This document shows positions 49,796-63,455 of a stretch of 64,000 nucleotides of DNA, piece by piece. The notes under the pieces are model-generated. The model saw only the letters and a program-made list of their open reading frames with translations. It had not been told where the DNA came from and ran no database searches. The translations under genes were made by a program, and so were the position numbers. The stretch's first letter is position 1. Every line of letters starts with the position of its first letter. This stretch comes from Styela clava (lineage: Eukaryota). The stretch is from assembly GCF_964204865.1 (NCBI RefSeq), contig NC_135262.1, positions 10,106,001 to 10,170,000 of the forward strand. Direction: 5' to 3'.

Positions 49796-51902
49796 TCAAT
49801 TTTTGTTTGCATTTTTCTCTTTGTTTGCAGCCACAATTTCATCGAACTTTTTTTTAAACTTTGCCACAGAATCTCCATAACAAAAATCAACGGCGGGTAT
49901 ATCTTCCATTTTCTTTTTCCATTCTAGAAGGCGTGGATATTTGTCAAAGTCCAGTTCAGGAAGAATAATTTCGATACCAGCAACAACAGCAAACGCGGAA
50001 TAATCTAAACAATTTCACCATATTGTAACATGCTATCAACAATTCCCTGCAATTTGTTTACCCTGTTTCAGTGCACTTCAGATATTTGTGACGTTTTTCA
50101 ACCAATATTTGTATCGTGTTTCAAATGCAAGAATTGTCTATTACCAATAAAATAACACATTCGATAGTTTTTACGTAAAACTAATCTTGATTGAGAATAT
50201 CATAACAACTAAATTAGTAATGTGCGCGTAGAATAATTATATAAAATGTTATAATTTGAAGTTGTGTGTTGGCTCTGATCTTGGGCTGGCCTTAAAATGA
50301 GCTGAGTTTAAAAAAGCGACAAAAGAGATAAAACCTAACGAGTTAACAACAAACGTTTTGCTAGTGGGGAACGATTTATGACATATTTTCTATTTTATCG
50401 ATACATGAGATTATGCATTAAGTTGTGTGTCTGGGCCGAATTCTGATAGCATCTCCAATTAGGCTCTAATCGAAGTATATAAATCCGATTCGTACAATTC
50501 TGTAACACTCCCGTTTTTAATGAATGAACCCAGGAGGTTCAGCCCAGTTTGGGATCAACTCCAACTGCTAAACACAATTTTTAATACATATTGCCTACGA
50601 AATCCTTTTATATTTTGTCAGTATAAAGTTTAAAAAAAAAAATAATTCAAATTGCGAAATTCATTCTGGTCTTCCAAATAATAGATTTAATAAATTAATC
50701 GTGCTGATAACAGCCATTTTACCTGCAACGGTAATATAATCTGAAGCCATATATTCTTGATGTGTAAGTCTTCTTTCTAACCGGTTATAGTTGTCTTCTA
50801 ACGCAGGTCATCGTTCAGGAATTGGACCAGTTTCTCCACGATAAAGAACTCCAAGGATATTCTAAAACAAAAACACACTATTGCATTCACAGCAACTATG
50901 AATTGCTTTTAGCAGAGCGACCCTTTACTCGAGTGTATCGTACGTTCGCACATAATTGGTGTTCAGCAACAGACGTATGCAGCAACAAAAGCAATAAAGT
51001 AATAAACTAAATTTACCAAAACAACGAATTCTGTTTAGTTTCAATTGATTGAATAAATAAATTAAAATCAATATATAATCACCATTTTGAGATTATAATG
51101 AATGTCTATAAAAAGGAAAGGGTGTAATATTCGAAAACTTACGGAATATTCTAAAATATTTGTGAAGTACTGAAAATCGTGGAAGAGCGATTCGTTGACT
51201 TTGGACCGAGCTTTCAATTCGGTCGGATATAGTTTCTTTTCCTAGTCATTTTCCTCATATTTTGAGCAAAGATAGCAAATGATAGCCCGACTGTAAAAAA
51301 ACGATTTAGTTTCACAATAATAACCGTGATTTGAAACGAAAAATTGAAAATTTATCAGTTCAAACTATATAGTTTTTGCAAAAGGTTTAACTTGCCTGCA
51401 ATAGGCTATTATTTATGTAATTTTTCGTAGATCCGCCCGGAATAAAAACATATACAGGCAAATGAGTTGTATGTGCTGGAATCTTTTCATTTCAGATGTC
51501 TACAGGTTAGGAATTTACGATCGAATTGGCTGACAGTGATTTTTATCGTAGAATGTTAACACATTATTACCAAGGCATGAAAACAACTTCATATAATAAC
51601 GCTTACAAATTAATACTGCCACCTATCCAATAGGTCTTATGTCCTAATCCCTGCAATAAATACTTTCGTTAATTACGATATATATATAATGAAATTTACC
51701 TTTCCCCCAAATTAAAATTCCCATCAACAATATACGGTACTTTGCCTTCTGAGTTGATTGCTAGATATTCTGGACTTTTGTGATCCTTTTTGCCTATCAG
51801 ATCAATAAATCTCTTTTCGTACGGGATTGCAAGGGCTTCTAATACTGACCATACAACTTTAGCCGGCCCGCTTGCGGGATGCCAATAAAACGTCAATACC
51901 AT
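49796..51902 (-). pseudogene. GST theta/delta-like copy B, pseudogene
   Basis: Same four-exon structure (51902-51700, 51290-51143, 50861-50723, 50004-49796). In-frame TAG at 51242-51244 (AAG in copy C) and TGA at 50808-50810 (TGG in copies A and C). NPEG is changed to NSEG. Confidence 0.88.
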
Positions 51903-53112
51903 TTTGAATCGAGTCGCTGAAGCGTGCAGTTTTGTTTGTGAGAATTTGTGACCAGTCTGAAGAAACCGAGTCGGTTTTATATACAATACGGACAAAGACG
52001 TCATTCTCTTAATGACGCCATAGTATGATGGTCCTTGTCGCAATCGTTATTCAATGACATAACGAATCGCGTAATATTATTTTAGTGGGGAATACCAGAT
52101 TTTTTTACAACATCGATGTCGAATACTTCGACGAGCAAATCCATCCCATGTTAATTTACTTTATATTTCGCTGCAATGTCGCAATAGAAAATCTACAGCC
52201 GCGTGTGTAAGCACAGAAGTCTGAAGATTGAATAATGTTATTCAAATAACAATTTTGTGTTTAAAAACTATTGAAATATATATAAGCGTATATTTCACTA
52301 GAGAATATACTTATAATTGGTTTCGTGTTAAAATAATTCCTCATATCAGGTCACGTGATCTCAAATCTGGGTCAAAATTTTGCACCGGGTCATTCTAGTT
52401 TAATAATAGAGTGTCGTTGTCGCGAGGAAAACAATCGTCAGAAATTACATGATTGTAATCGTTCCTCTTTTCAACATCGTAAAACAATCAAAAAGTGGCA
52501 GTGGAGAGCAAAATTGCAGAAGCAAGCACTTAGTTCTTTCAAATAACTTCATTCTAATTTTCCCCTTAACCATCCCTTCTAACATTGGCATTCAGAGGTC
52601 TATATACATCATTATTAAATGAATCCTTAAAGGAGGCGAAAGATCAGTAATCCTCTATTAGAGTGAAAAAAAAAAAGTGAGGGAAATTATAAAAGCCAAG
52701 ATTTCATTTCGGAAAAATTTCGCTACACAAGATATTTATATGATGTGATTTTCAAATTCACTGACATAAATGTATTCCTGAACGTTTCGTCTGACCCGGG
52801 TCAGACTTGTTCAGACAAGCATGCCTCGCAAAAATTTGTATGCACTTAAATAATAGTTATCAAGTTGGTGGTTAGTTCTCAGTAGAGTATTCAAAGTATG
52901 GACACTTAAAGAACAAAAGGAAAGGTAAATGCCAATCAATGAAGTGGACCTTTGAGTGGGGAACAATTAAAAAAAAGGATTAAAACAATTACACGGTATT
53001 CTCCTACCACAGTATATGTTAAATTCGTGCTGGGTTCGAGGCTACATCGTTGGAAAACTGTTGATCAATCATAATTGAACTTTGAAATCATATATAACTT
53101 CCAAACTAATAA

Positions 53113-53361
53113 AAGAAAATATCGATCGGAGACCGAAGACTTATCGATCGAAACTGCGAAACTAAATATACGACATAGTTCATTCAAAATCAATAGGCTT
53201 CTGGCCCGAGATATGATGAATGCACATGCAAATTTGGAGCAGATTCAACCACGCTTTCGTGAGATATCGCGTGCATCTAACAGACAGACAGACAAACATA
53301 CAGACAGAAAAACAGACAAATACATATCAACATACTTACCGATCTAAAGATCGATAAGTAA
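53113..53361 (-). mobile_element. HINE-like element, reverse orientation, specific to GST unit B
   Basis: (ACAG)n tract, GATCGATAAGTAA end and ATCGGAGACCGA hairpin remnant. Unit C has an empty A-rich site at ~58195-58218 with no clear TSD. Confidence 0.78.
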
Positions 53362-55319
53362 TAAATAAATAAAATCGCAATTTCATTGCTATGGTTCCTG
53401 TGATACAAATTTGAGAATAAACGTTTTTTTTAGTTGGTGGGCATGCCAAAAAGTCATTTATGGAATGGCCTGGTTTCTTGATGCTCCCGATACGTTCTTT
53501 TATTTGATATTTTGAATGTTTCCTGTTTTGCCAGTATATTATTGTATCGAACTCCCGTGACTTCGTTAGTAGTGCTCGTTTATTTACAGGCGACGCATTA
53601 AATTCTGTTGCATGTTGTTACTTCATTACGTATTTTTGTTTTCAATCTTGCTCAACTAGTCTGTGTCACGCTATCTAATATGAATAGATTCTCCCCGATT
53701 CCTTTTTGACTGCCGGCCCCTCCTTTTCTTTCCTCGACCCGCGCGCAGACCATGCTGTGACCAAAACTTGCCTGTGTTGTTGTTGTTGGGTACCTTTCCC
53801 GTCTCTCGATTGCTCCCCGATTCCTTTTTGGCTGCCGGCTCCTCCTTTTCTGCCCTTGACAGCCCTGAAATCGTTGGAACGCCTGAATTCGAGATCCTTT
53901 TCCTCCCTTGACCGCATCATGTATTTTTTTTTTAACCCACCATGCGACGGACAAACCATGTGACGGACACTCTCGCTTGCTCCCCGATGGATTTCTTCCT
54001 GGCTTCCCGCCTCTCTTACGACTTTTCTTCCTCCTTCGGCCGCCCTGATCGCTGGAACGCATGAATGCGACACTCGCTCGCTCCCTGATTCTTCTTCCTG
54101 GCTTACGTTTTTGCTCGTTTTCCTCTTGACCGCCCTGAACGATCTGATTCGCTGGAACTCGCTCCCCGATTCTTCCTGGCTTACGACTCTTTTGCCCGGT
54201 TTCCCTCCTCCGACCGCTCCGATCGCTGGCTGGATCTCCCGAGATCCTTTTCCTCCTTTGACTCTGATGAACGATCTGCTGCTGCTGCTGCCTCTCGCGC
54301 TTGCTCTCTCCTTTCCCTGAATTGCAATGCATGTTATCTTTATTTGTCTGCTGAACCTTCCCTACAACTACAGTCTACATGCACTTGGTCTCTGACTGGC
54401 TATTACGTCCCCACCGTTCTCCCTAGTCATGCTCTTTCGTTGTGAAAAGCAAGTTGCAAGAAATAAAATCATTATCATATCACGAACATAGTAACAGCCT
54501 TGCTGCCAGTAGCTGCATATCGATACCAAAGCTACCACAGTAGTTTAATTATTTTTATGTTGAAGTAAGCTGCCTTTATTACCACTTCTCATCAGTTAAT
54601 TGTCACCGAAAAATAGATGGGTCATTTCATGACCCGCTGGCCAATGATACGACATTTCTGGTAATTATAGCTTGCTTACTATTTTTTTAAACATTAATTT
54701 TTTGAAAAACTCAGAAATATAATTACCAGGTAACCATGTTTACAGTAATAATTCACCAATTTACACTGCGAACGCCCTAAGACATTGGGACATTACAACC
54801 CAATGAATAAATGAATTTAGTTCATTAATGCTGTTACGCGCATATGTCTGTTCCCATTATAAACATTATTGCAGATGTACTTACTATATACTTTAAATTA
54901 CATGAAAACAGCATGCATGATCTATAATGCTATGTTGGATAACGCGTTGGGATTACCGTCTTTGGTTCAAAGCTATCTTAACCCTCTTCGCCATGCTTCG
55001 TCAAAGCGTAATAACCAGGCATTTGCAAAGCCTGTGATTCAAGGTTTACTGAAGCATAATGACATATATGTAATGCAACAAAATGAGAGAAAAAAATATG
55101 TACATACATTTGGATGCTAGCTTATATATATGGACAATCGTGCAATCACGACCGCAAAAAGCAGTAATAGTCTGTGAATCAACCTGAATACAATAAGTTA
55201 TATGAAACGGGTCGAAAAAACATCAAAAAAGTCAATAATTAATTACAAAAAAAGTAAGAGTTTAGTAGTATGGCATATCCATATAGTGTTTCCAACAAAT
55301 ATCATTCTTCAAAAACCAA

Positions 55320-57006
55320 TCAATTTTTGTTTGCATTTTTCTCTGTGTTTGCAGCCACAATTTCATCGAACAATTCTTTAAACTTTGCCTCAGAATCTCC
55401 ATAACAAAAATCAACGGCGGGCATATCTTCCATTTTCTTTTTCCATTCTAGAAGGCGTGGATATTTGTCAAAGTCCAGTTCAGGAAGATGAATTTCGATA
55501 CCAGCAACGACAGCAAACGCGGAATAATCTAAACAATTTCACCATATTGTAACATGCTATCAACAATTCCCTGCAATTTGTTTACTCTGTTTCAGGGCAC
55601 TTCAGATATTTGTGACGTTTTTCAACCAATATTTGTATCGTGTTTTAAATGCAAGAATTGTCTATTACCAATAAAATAACACATTCGATAGTTTTTACGT
55701 TAAACTAATCCTGATTGAGAATATTATATTATATAATATAACAAATAAATTAGTAATGTGCGCGTAGAATAATTATATAAAATGTTATATTTTGAAGTTG
55801 TGTGTTGGCTCCGATCTTGGGCTGGGCTCAAAATGAGTTGAGTTTGAAAAACGACAAAAAGAGATAAAATTTACGAGTTAACATCAAACGTTCTGCGAGT
55901 GGGGAATGATTTATGACATATTTTCTATTTTATTCGATACATGAGATTATGCATAAATTTGTGTGTCTGGACCGAATTCTGATAGCATCTCTAATTGGGG
56001 CTCTAATCGAATTATATAAATCCGATTCGTACAATTCTGTAACACTCCCGTTTTTGATGCCCCAGGAGCTCCAGCCCAGTTTGGGATCAACTCCAACTGC
56101 TAAATACAATTTTTAATTCATATTGCCTAAGAAATCCTTTTATATTTTGTCAGTATAAAATTATAAAAAAGAAATAATTCAAATTGCGAAATTTATACTG
56201 GTCTTCCAAATAATAAATTTAATAAATTAATCGTGCTGATAACAGCCATTTTACCTGCAACGGTAATATAATCTGAAGCCATATATTCTTGTTGTGTAAG
56301 TCTCCTTTCTAAACGATTATAGTTGTCTTCTAACGCAGGCCATCGTTCAGGAATTGGACCAGTTTCTCCACGATAAATAACTCCAAGGATATTCTAAAAC
56401 AAAAACACACTATTGCATTCACAGCAACTATGAATTGCTGTTTGCATAGCGACCCCCTATTTTGAATATAATGAATATATGAATGTCTTACAAAAAGAAA
56501 AGCGTGTAATATTCGAAAACTTACGGAATATTCTAAAAGATTTGTGAAGTACTGAAAATCTTGGAAGAGCGATTCGTTGACTTTGGACCGAGCTTTCAAT
56601 TCGGTCGGATAAAGTTTCTTTTCCTTGTCATTTCCTTCATATTTTGAGCAAAGATAGCAGATGATAGCGCGACTGTAAAAAACGATTTAGTTTCACAATA
56701 ATAACCGTGATTTGAAACGAAAAATTGAAAGTTTTCCAGTTTAAACTGAAAATACTTTGGTTTCTTACATTAATATATATACTGTATATATAATGAAATT
56801 TACCTTTCCCCCAAGTTAAAATTCCCATCAACAATATACGGTACTTTGCCTTCTGGGTTGATTGCTAGATATTCTGGACTTTTGTGATCCTTTTTGCCTA
56901 TCAGATCAATAAATCTCTTTTCGTACGGGATTGCAAGGGCTTCTAATACTGACCATACAACTTTAGCCGGCCCGCTTGCGGGATGCCAATAAAACGTCAA
57001 TACCAT
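55320..57006 (-). CDS. Glutathione S-transferase, Ser-type theta/delta-like class, copy C (232 aa)
   Basis: Exons 57006-56804, 56672-56525, 56393-56255, 55528-55320 join in frame without stops. Motifs WHPASGPAK, INPEGKVP, ESRAII, ITVADYS. Confidence 0.92.
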
Positions 57007-58685
57007 TTTGAATCGAGTCGCTGAAGCGTGCAGTTTTGTTTGTGAGAATTTGTGATCAGTCTGAAGAAACCGAGTCGGTTTTATATACAATACGGACAAA
57101 GACGTCATTCTCTTAATGACGCCATGCTATGATGGTCCTTGTCGCAATCGTTATTCAATGACATAACGAATGGCGTAATATTATTTTAGTGGGGAATACC
57201 AGATTTTTTTACAACATCGATGTCAAATACTTCGACGAACAAATCCATCCCATGTTAATTTGCTATATATTTCGCTGCAATGTCGCAATAGAAAATCTAC
57301 ATCCGCGTGTGTAAGCACAGAAGTCTGATGATTGAATATTGTTATTCAAATAACAATTTTGTGTTTAAAAACTATTGAAATATATAAAAGCATATATTTT
57401 ACTAGAGAAAATACTTATAATTGGTTTCGTGTTGAAAAAGTTCCTTAGATCAGGTCACGTTATCTCAAATCTGGGTCAAAATTTTGCACCGGGTCATTCT
57501 AGTTTAATAATATAGTGTCGTTGTCACGAGTCAAGGGTTGTAATCGTTTTCTTTTCAACATCGTAAAACAGTCAAAAAGTGGCAGTGGAGAGCAAAATTG
57601 CAGAAGCAAGCAACTAGTTCTTCCAAATAACTTCACTCTAATTTTTCCCTTAACCATCCCTTCCAGCATTGGCATTCAGAAGTCTATATATATCATTATT
57701 AAATGAATTTCCTAAATGAGGCGAAAGATCAGTAATCCTCTATTAGAGTGATGAAAGAAAAAGTGAGGGAAATTATAAAAGCCAAGATTTCATTTCGGAA
57801 AAAATTTCGCTACACACGATATTTATATGATGTGATTTTCAAATTCACTGACATAAATGTATTCCTGAACGTTTCGTCTGACCCGGGTCAGACTTGTTCA
57901 GACAAGCATGCCTCGCAAAAATTTGTATGCACTTAAATAATAGTTATCAAGTTGGTGGTTAGTTCTCAGTAAAGTATTTAAAGTATGGACATTTAAAGAA
58001 CAAAAGGAAAGGTAATGCCAATCAATGAAGTGGACCTTTTAGTGGGGAACAATTAAAAACAAGGATTAAACAATTACACGGTATTCTCCAACCCCACTAT
58101 TTGTTAAATTCGTGCTGGGTTCGAGGCTACTACAATGTCGGACAACTGTCGATCAAGCATAATTGAACTTTGAAATCATATACATAACGTTCAAACTAAT
58201 AAATAAATAAATAAAATCGTAATTTCCTTCCTATTTATCTTGTGATACAAATTTGTGAATAAACGTTTTTTTTTAGTTGGTAGCCATGCCAAAAAGTTAG
58301 CCTGTTTTCTTGATGACCCTGATAGATAATGTTTTCCTGTTTTGCCAGGGTATTTATTGAACTCCCGTGACTTCGTTAGTAGGTGCTCGATTATTATTTA
58401 CAGGTGACGCCATTATCTGTTGTTGTTACTTCATTACGTATTTTTGTCCTCGACCGCGTGCAGAACATGGGGAGGAGGACATGCCAACTTGCGACAAACC
58501 TGTCTGTTTACCTTCACTTCCCCGATGATCCTTCGGCTGCCTTTTTCTTCTTGCCTATCCGGCTGGCTCCTTTTCCTCCCTCGACCACCCGCCTCTCGCG
58601 CCTGCTCGTTGGCTTGTTCATTGGGGCTCGCTCCTTCCCCTCCCTGATGCACTCGGGCTCGCTCCTACAACAGTTTGTATATACG

Positions 58686-59400
58686 CTCCCACCGTCACCT
58701 AGCTGCCTCTCTTGCTTCTTTCTCATCGGCTCTTTTTCCTCCCTCGACCGCCGCTCGTTGGGCTCGCTCTCCTTTCCCTCCCTGAATTGCACTTGGGCTC
58801 GCTCCTACAACATACACCTCGACTGGTCTGACTGCCTATGGTTACGCTCCCACCGTCACTCTTGCTGAATTGCACGTATGTTATCTTATTTCTCTACAAC
58901 TACAGTATACAGGTCTGACTGCCTACGGCTCCCACCGTCACCTACCTGCTTCGCTTGCTTCTTTCTCATCGGCTCTTTTTCCTCCCTCGACCGCCGCTCG
59001 TTGGGCTCGCTCTCCTTTCCCTCCCTGAATTGCACTTGGGCTCGCTCCTACAACATACACCTCGACTGGTCTGACTGCCTATGGTTACGCTCCCACCGTC
59101 ACTCTTGCTGAATTGCACGTATGTTATCTTATTTCTCTACAACTACAGTATACAGGTCTGACTGCCTACGGCTCCCACCGTCACCTACCTGCTTCGCTTG
59201 CTTCTTTCTCATCGGCTCTTTTTCCTCCCTCGACCGCCGCTGGCTCGCTCCTTTCCCTCGCTGAATTGCACGTATGTTATCTTATTTCCCTACAACTACA
59301 GTATAACCTCGACTGGTCTGACTGCCTATGGTTAGTTACGCTTCTAGCTGCCTCTCTTGCTTCTTTCTCATCGGCTCCTTTTCCTCCCTCGACCGCCGCC
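58686..59400. repeat. GC-rich, C/T-skewed 243-bp tandem repeat (two full units plus partial units)
   Basis: CTCCCACCGTCACCT recurs at 58686, 58929 and 59172. Related sequence is at 53700-54420. Confidence 0.9.
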
Positions 59401-61449
59401 CGCCATACCTGCTAGTTCTTTCTTGCAACTCAGTCCACTGTTGGTTGGCCTGGCTGCCTATGATTTCTGTTTCCTCCTCATCTTTGCTTGACTGCTGCTC
59501 TTGCTTGCTCACCGCCAGCCCTACCCTACAGCTCAGTCTATCCTGTGGGGTTCGAACCCACCCGCATACCTGGTCTGATGTTTGACTATGTCGCTGCGCT
59601 TCCACTGCGCCACCGCTCCTGACGAGGGTTGAGTGGATTAGAATCTTTCTCAATTAACTACGTCACGCTTGCCAGCCCACGACGAGGCTAATTACACAGA
59701 AAAAAATGACATTAGACATACTTCGTTGATTCGAAGCAAGTGTATCTGTGCCTCAATGGAAGATGTTCATCAGCTGGTAATTCAAAGGTATCAATAAGCA
59801 AACCACATTTCTGACTGTCGGTGTAGGAATACTAAGACTGAGAGAAGGTTTGCGAATTTGCTTCTTTTTGTCTCATGTGCTAACTGGCCGTCTTATCTCT
59901 GGTTTACTGTTTCTAAATTTATAAAACATCTCAGGATAAAATTTGCCCGGCGTTTTGTTCTTTTCCCGTTTGAAACGGTATCACACACATAAAACATAAA
60001 ACGCCGTAAATTTTGTCTCAAGCCAGCGAGCCGCGAGCATTAAAGGTGAACGCACTAAATTGCGCGTGCGGTGTACTTTTCTTATTCATTCTGATACTAC
60101 GTCGGTGTCAATGTCATCTTTTCCCGGATTTTCCGGAAATATAAGCCAATCAAGTAAGATATGGTCAATTAGTTTTCCATTTTATCATAAATGCCTTTCT
60201 TAGGGTTATATTGCAGATCATCTATGGAAATTTATGTGGTGGCCGTTTTCCTTGGTGTCCTAAGTACGTGCTTATTTTGCTTAATGGTTAATCCAACACT
60301 GGTCACTGGTGAGGATAAGGATCTTTATGTATTAATTAAATGAATTGTAATCTATTTCTTGAATAACTAAAAACGGGTTTATTTTTCGATACCATAATGT
60401 CTCATTTTGCAAATAAGGATATCATGATTTACGGTGTAAAAGGTCATCTTCAAGTTGCGCAAACGAACATTTTTTCTCATTGTTTATCATATTTATATGA
60501 TACTGTATGAGTGTATGTAATATGGCATGATTATTATGAGAAATGATTGTTCAAAAACCGATTTGAGATTTATTTGTTACGTCATATTTATTCAAAGCAA
60601 ATAAGTGAGGCTCATATGAATCAGGTTATCAAATATTTTATCTATAAATAAAAAGATCTGTATTGGTTTTCCAGATTTGAAGATGGAGATTACCCAAATC
60701 ATGTTATGACATTACCAATTCATTTGTAGTATCAAGACTCATAAAAGTAGACTGGTTTAACGCATTCGGCGATTGCATATGAAAATCTTAACTAATCCCT
60801 ATAGGGAGCTGAATGACAGCAATATTGCCTATTTCAAAAAAAATTATACCTGCCTGTCAAAATAAAGATTTATGTGATGTATCTTGGATTTTGTCATGTC
60901 GTAATATGCCAGGAGTAATCTAGGGATTTTGCTTCAATTGATATGCTTATATATTTATTTAAACCTCAAATGAAATTTAGTCAGCAAATAAACGTCAGTT
61001 AACTGAGAAATTATGATAAAGTTACGAGCCCCGGACTCTGGATACGACCTGCATTGCTAAAAAACTGAGCATCGTTGAATATTTCACGATTAAAAAATTT
61101 CATTTCCCGCTTCAATCCTGGATCAGGTTCCGAACAAAATAAATGATAATACTATCTTATCCTTAGACTAATGACATTTATTCAATAACTTTTGTCATTC
61201 AAAGCATTTATGTAATGTGAGCACTGCAATATTAAAATCCTGCCACCAATATTACGTCTCACTGTGTACCACGACTATAGGGATTGCCACAATCAGGTAT
61301 CCATTGTTTCAAATGAATGATTTACACAATCAATAATTGAATTTGATTAAAAGGCAATTTAAAGCACGCAAGTAGTACTTCTCCCACGTTTAGCATATAT
61401 TTTGATTCGAATATAGGTAAAGTCTCTCGAGACCCCGTCACTTCAGTAA

Positions 61450-62840
61450 AGCCACGACGTCGATATGTAAACGATACGAACCCAAAAGGCGGAGGCTCTG
61501 AGCGACGCGTGGGAGTGCTTTTGTTAATCAGTAACTAGGTAGCTGATGATATTCTTGATTTATTTGAAAGTTGTGCCGTCTATTATGAGATAATGCATGT
61601 GCCACACATGAATATTTTAGGATAAAGATATAAACAAGGATGATCGACTGTTTCTTCATGAAAAATTACAAGGTGATGTGTATTGGTATGTTTCGGATTC
61701 CAAATATGAATCATATAGTCATTTGCATGTGAAATCTTTGGTAATTGTTAGATAGAAGGTAGACAGGAAGTTCTGAAAATGAGAATTGTCTTAGATATTG
61801 TTAAAAAGAAATGGTACAATGACACCACGTATGTGCGTTTTAAATGAGCTTAATAATAGTAAAAGTAGTAATACCTAAGTAAAACTTGGATGCGCTTTTA
61901 TTCTCTTTTGTCATTTCTGATAATTTGGTAAAAGTACAAGTTGCCTTTACAAGCTATTGGATCTTTGATAAAAGTCTAATTTACCAAGTGAGTGTTGATT
62001 ATTAGTGAGTGATTGCCAGAGTAGAATGACTATTTTGATGTGTTGGTAGACGAGTGGTACTCGAATCGATTTTGAAGTGTGGCGGCTGGCGAGCATGACG
62101 ACACTTTTGTCGATTTAGGACATTGCGATAATACGACATTTTTGTATAAGAAAATAGTTCAACAACGGTAGATAACAGAAGGAATGACGATTGTTTTCCA
62201 TCATTCAATTGTCCATCAGAAATATATATTGTCGAGTATTTAGACCGTTTATGCAGAGTACAGACAGTACCGCGTTATTGAAATTGCGGTTTCAGGTATG
62301 GTAGCGCCCTTATAGTCAATAGATGCCGATTTCTTTGCTATAGTTGACAAAGGATATGCATACATTCATGATATATATATTTGTGTTTCTCTTTTTTGTC
62401 AGAGCCAGTGTGGTAATCGAGTAGTAATACATGATACGAACTCAATCGACGTATACCGATGAAGTGTGAAGTGTGGTCACATTGATATTGACTATCGTGA
62501 TAGCTAAATGAATAGACGACATTTGTACTGCTTCTCCCTCGAAAATCCGGTTTGGGATTCATATCGTGCCAATACACGGACCAGTAATAGTTCCAGTTTG
62601 TAATCGAGATTTAACTCTGTTCGAGACTATGTCTTTACTTCTGTATGCGATGTATTGAATTAATCGAAAGCTCGCATTGAACTGCTCTAGTCTAGACCGA
62701 ATGAGTCTATATCGAACGAGTAATATAGTTATTTGGAAAATTTCAGGAGTTGTTTAACGTATTCTAGCTATGTATATATTAAAAGGAAATAGTACTCAAA
62801 TAAGTCATACATTATAGCGGAATCACTAAGCTAGATCAAT
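61450..62840 (+). mobile_element. Highly decayed hAT transposase remnant, SPIN/GTF2IRD2-like
   Basis: Collinear weak motifs across frames: ALSDAWECF, FLIYLKVV, YYEIMH (BED-finger region), WRLASMTT (cf. W.KL.S.TTDGAP), VFHHSIVHQ (cf. HCIIHQ), RIELL, LFGKFQELFNVF. Many stops. Confidence 0.45.
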
Positions 62841-63145
62841 GCAAATTGAAATGTACCGTTTCAAGATAAAATTGCGGTATTTCCCACGGTCGAAGTATTC
62901 AGAATTATAGCCGACTCTGTTAGGTTAGGCTAGTATGACAGCTACACATTTTGATGAATAATGAGTTATTAGCACATTTGTTCATAAACAAATTGTTGAA
63001 AATTAATCAGTTGAGCATAGATCAATCCTACGGATTGAAAGATTGTGATAGCAGAATCAATTATATAGATTAAACTTTTCCCCCCATTGAGTAATGTACA
63101 ATATATTTTTATAGTGTTATCATTTAATTGATTAAAAAATAAATA

Positions 63146-63455
63146 ATGTCTTCAGCTAGCTATGACGTTGAACATGCTGGTGGCCCCGGCGATTCAAAGG
63201 TAAGAACATTTCCATTTCTTATATTTAACATACATTCAATAGATCTGTCTTTGACATTCGGAATGGGAGATTTAAATGTGTTCATTCTCATTCTCATTTA
63301 TATATATTGATGTTTTTTTATCATCTTCAACGTAGAGCAAGATGGCATTTAAATTTACCTATAAATCCACTACTCATTCGCACGCAAATTTTCCATCTTC
63401 ATTTACTTAACGAATCCTTCTTATTTTGCAGGATATCTCATGGATCTTTGACAAG
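63146..63455 (+). CDS. 5' coding exons of a gene that probably continues beyond the window (MSSASYDVEHAGGPGDSK|DISWIFDK); product unknown, possibly an SLC22-like transporter
   Basis: ATG at 63146 in an AAATAATG context. Exon 63146-63199 ends AAG|GTAAGA. A 24-nt exon 63432-63455 is flanked by TTTTGCAG and AAG|GTATGC and is phase 0-0. The product guess is weak. Confidence 0.55.

Larger units (their letters stand above)
40101..59820. repeat. Three-unit tandem segmental duplication carrying the GST genes (A ~40101-48100, B ~48232-54420, C ~54421-59820)
   Basis: Collinear homology of flanks, introns and exons: 40101 = 48232; 40767 = 48900 = 54420; 47815-47950 = 59620-59765. Confidence 0.92.

Noticed and set aside
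53652-54332. 226-aa ORF as a genuine protein-coding gene
   Set aside because: Low-complexity GC-rich tract that is open in several frames and not frame-conserved in units A or C. Kept only as part of the remnant finding.
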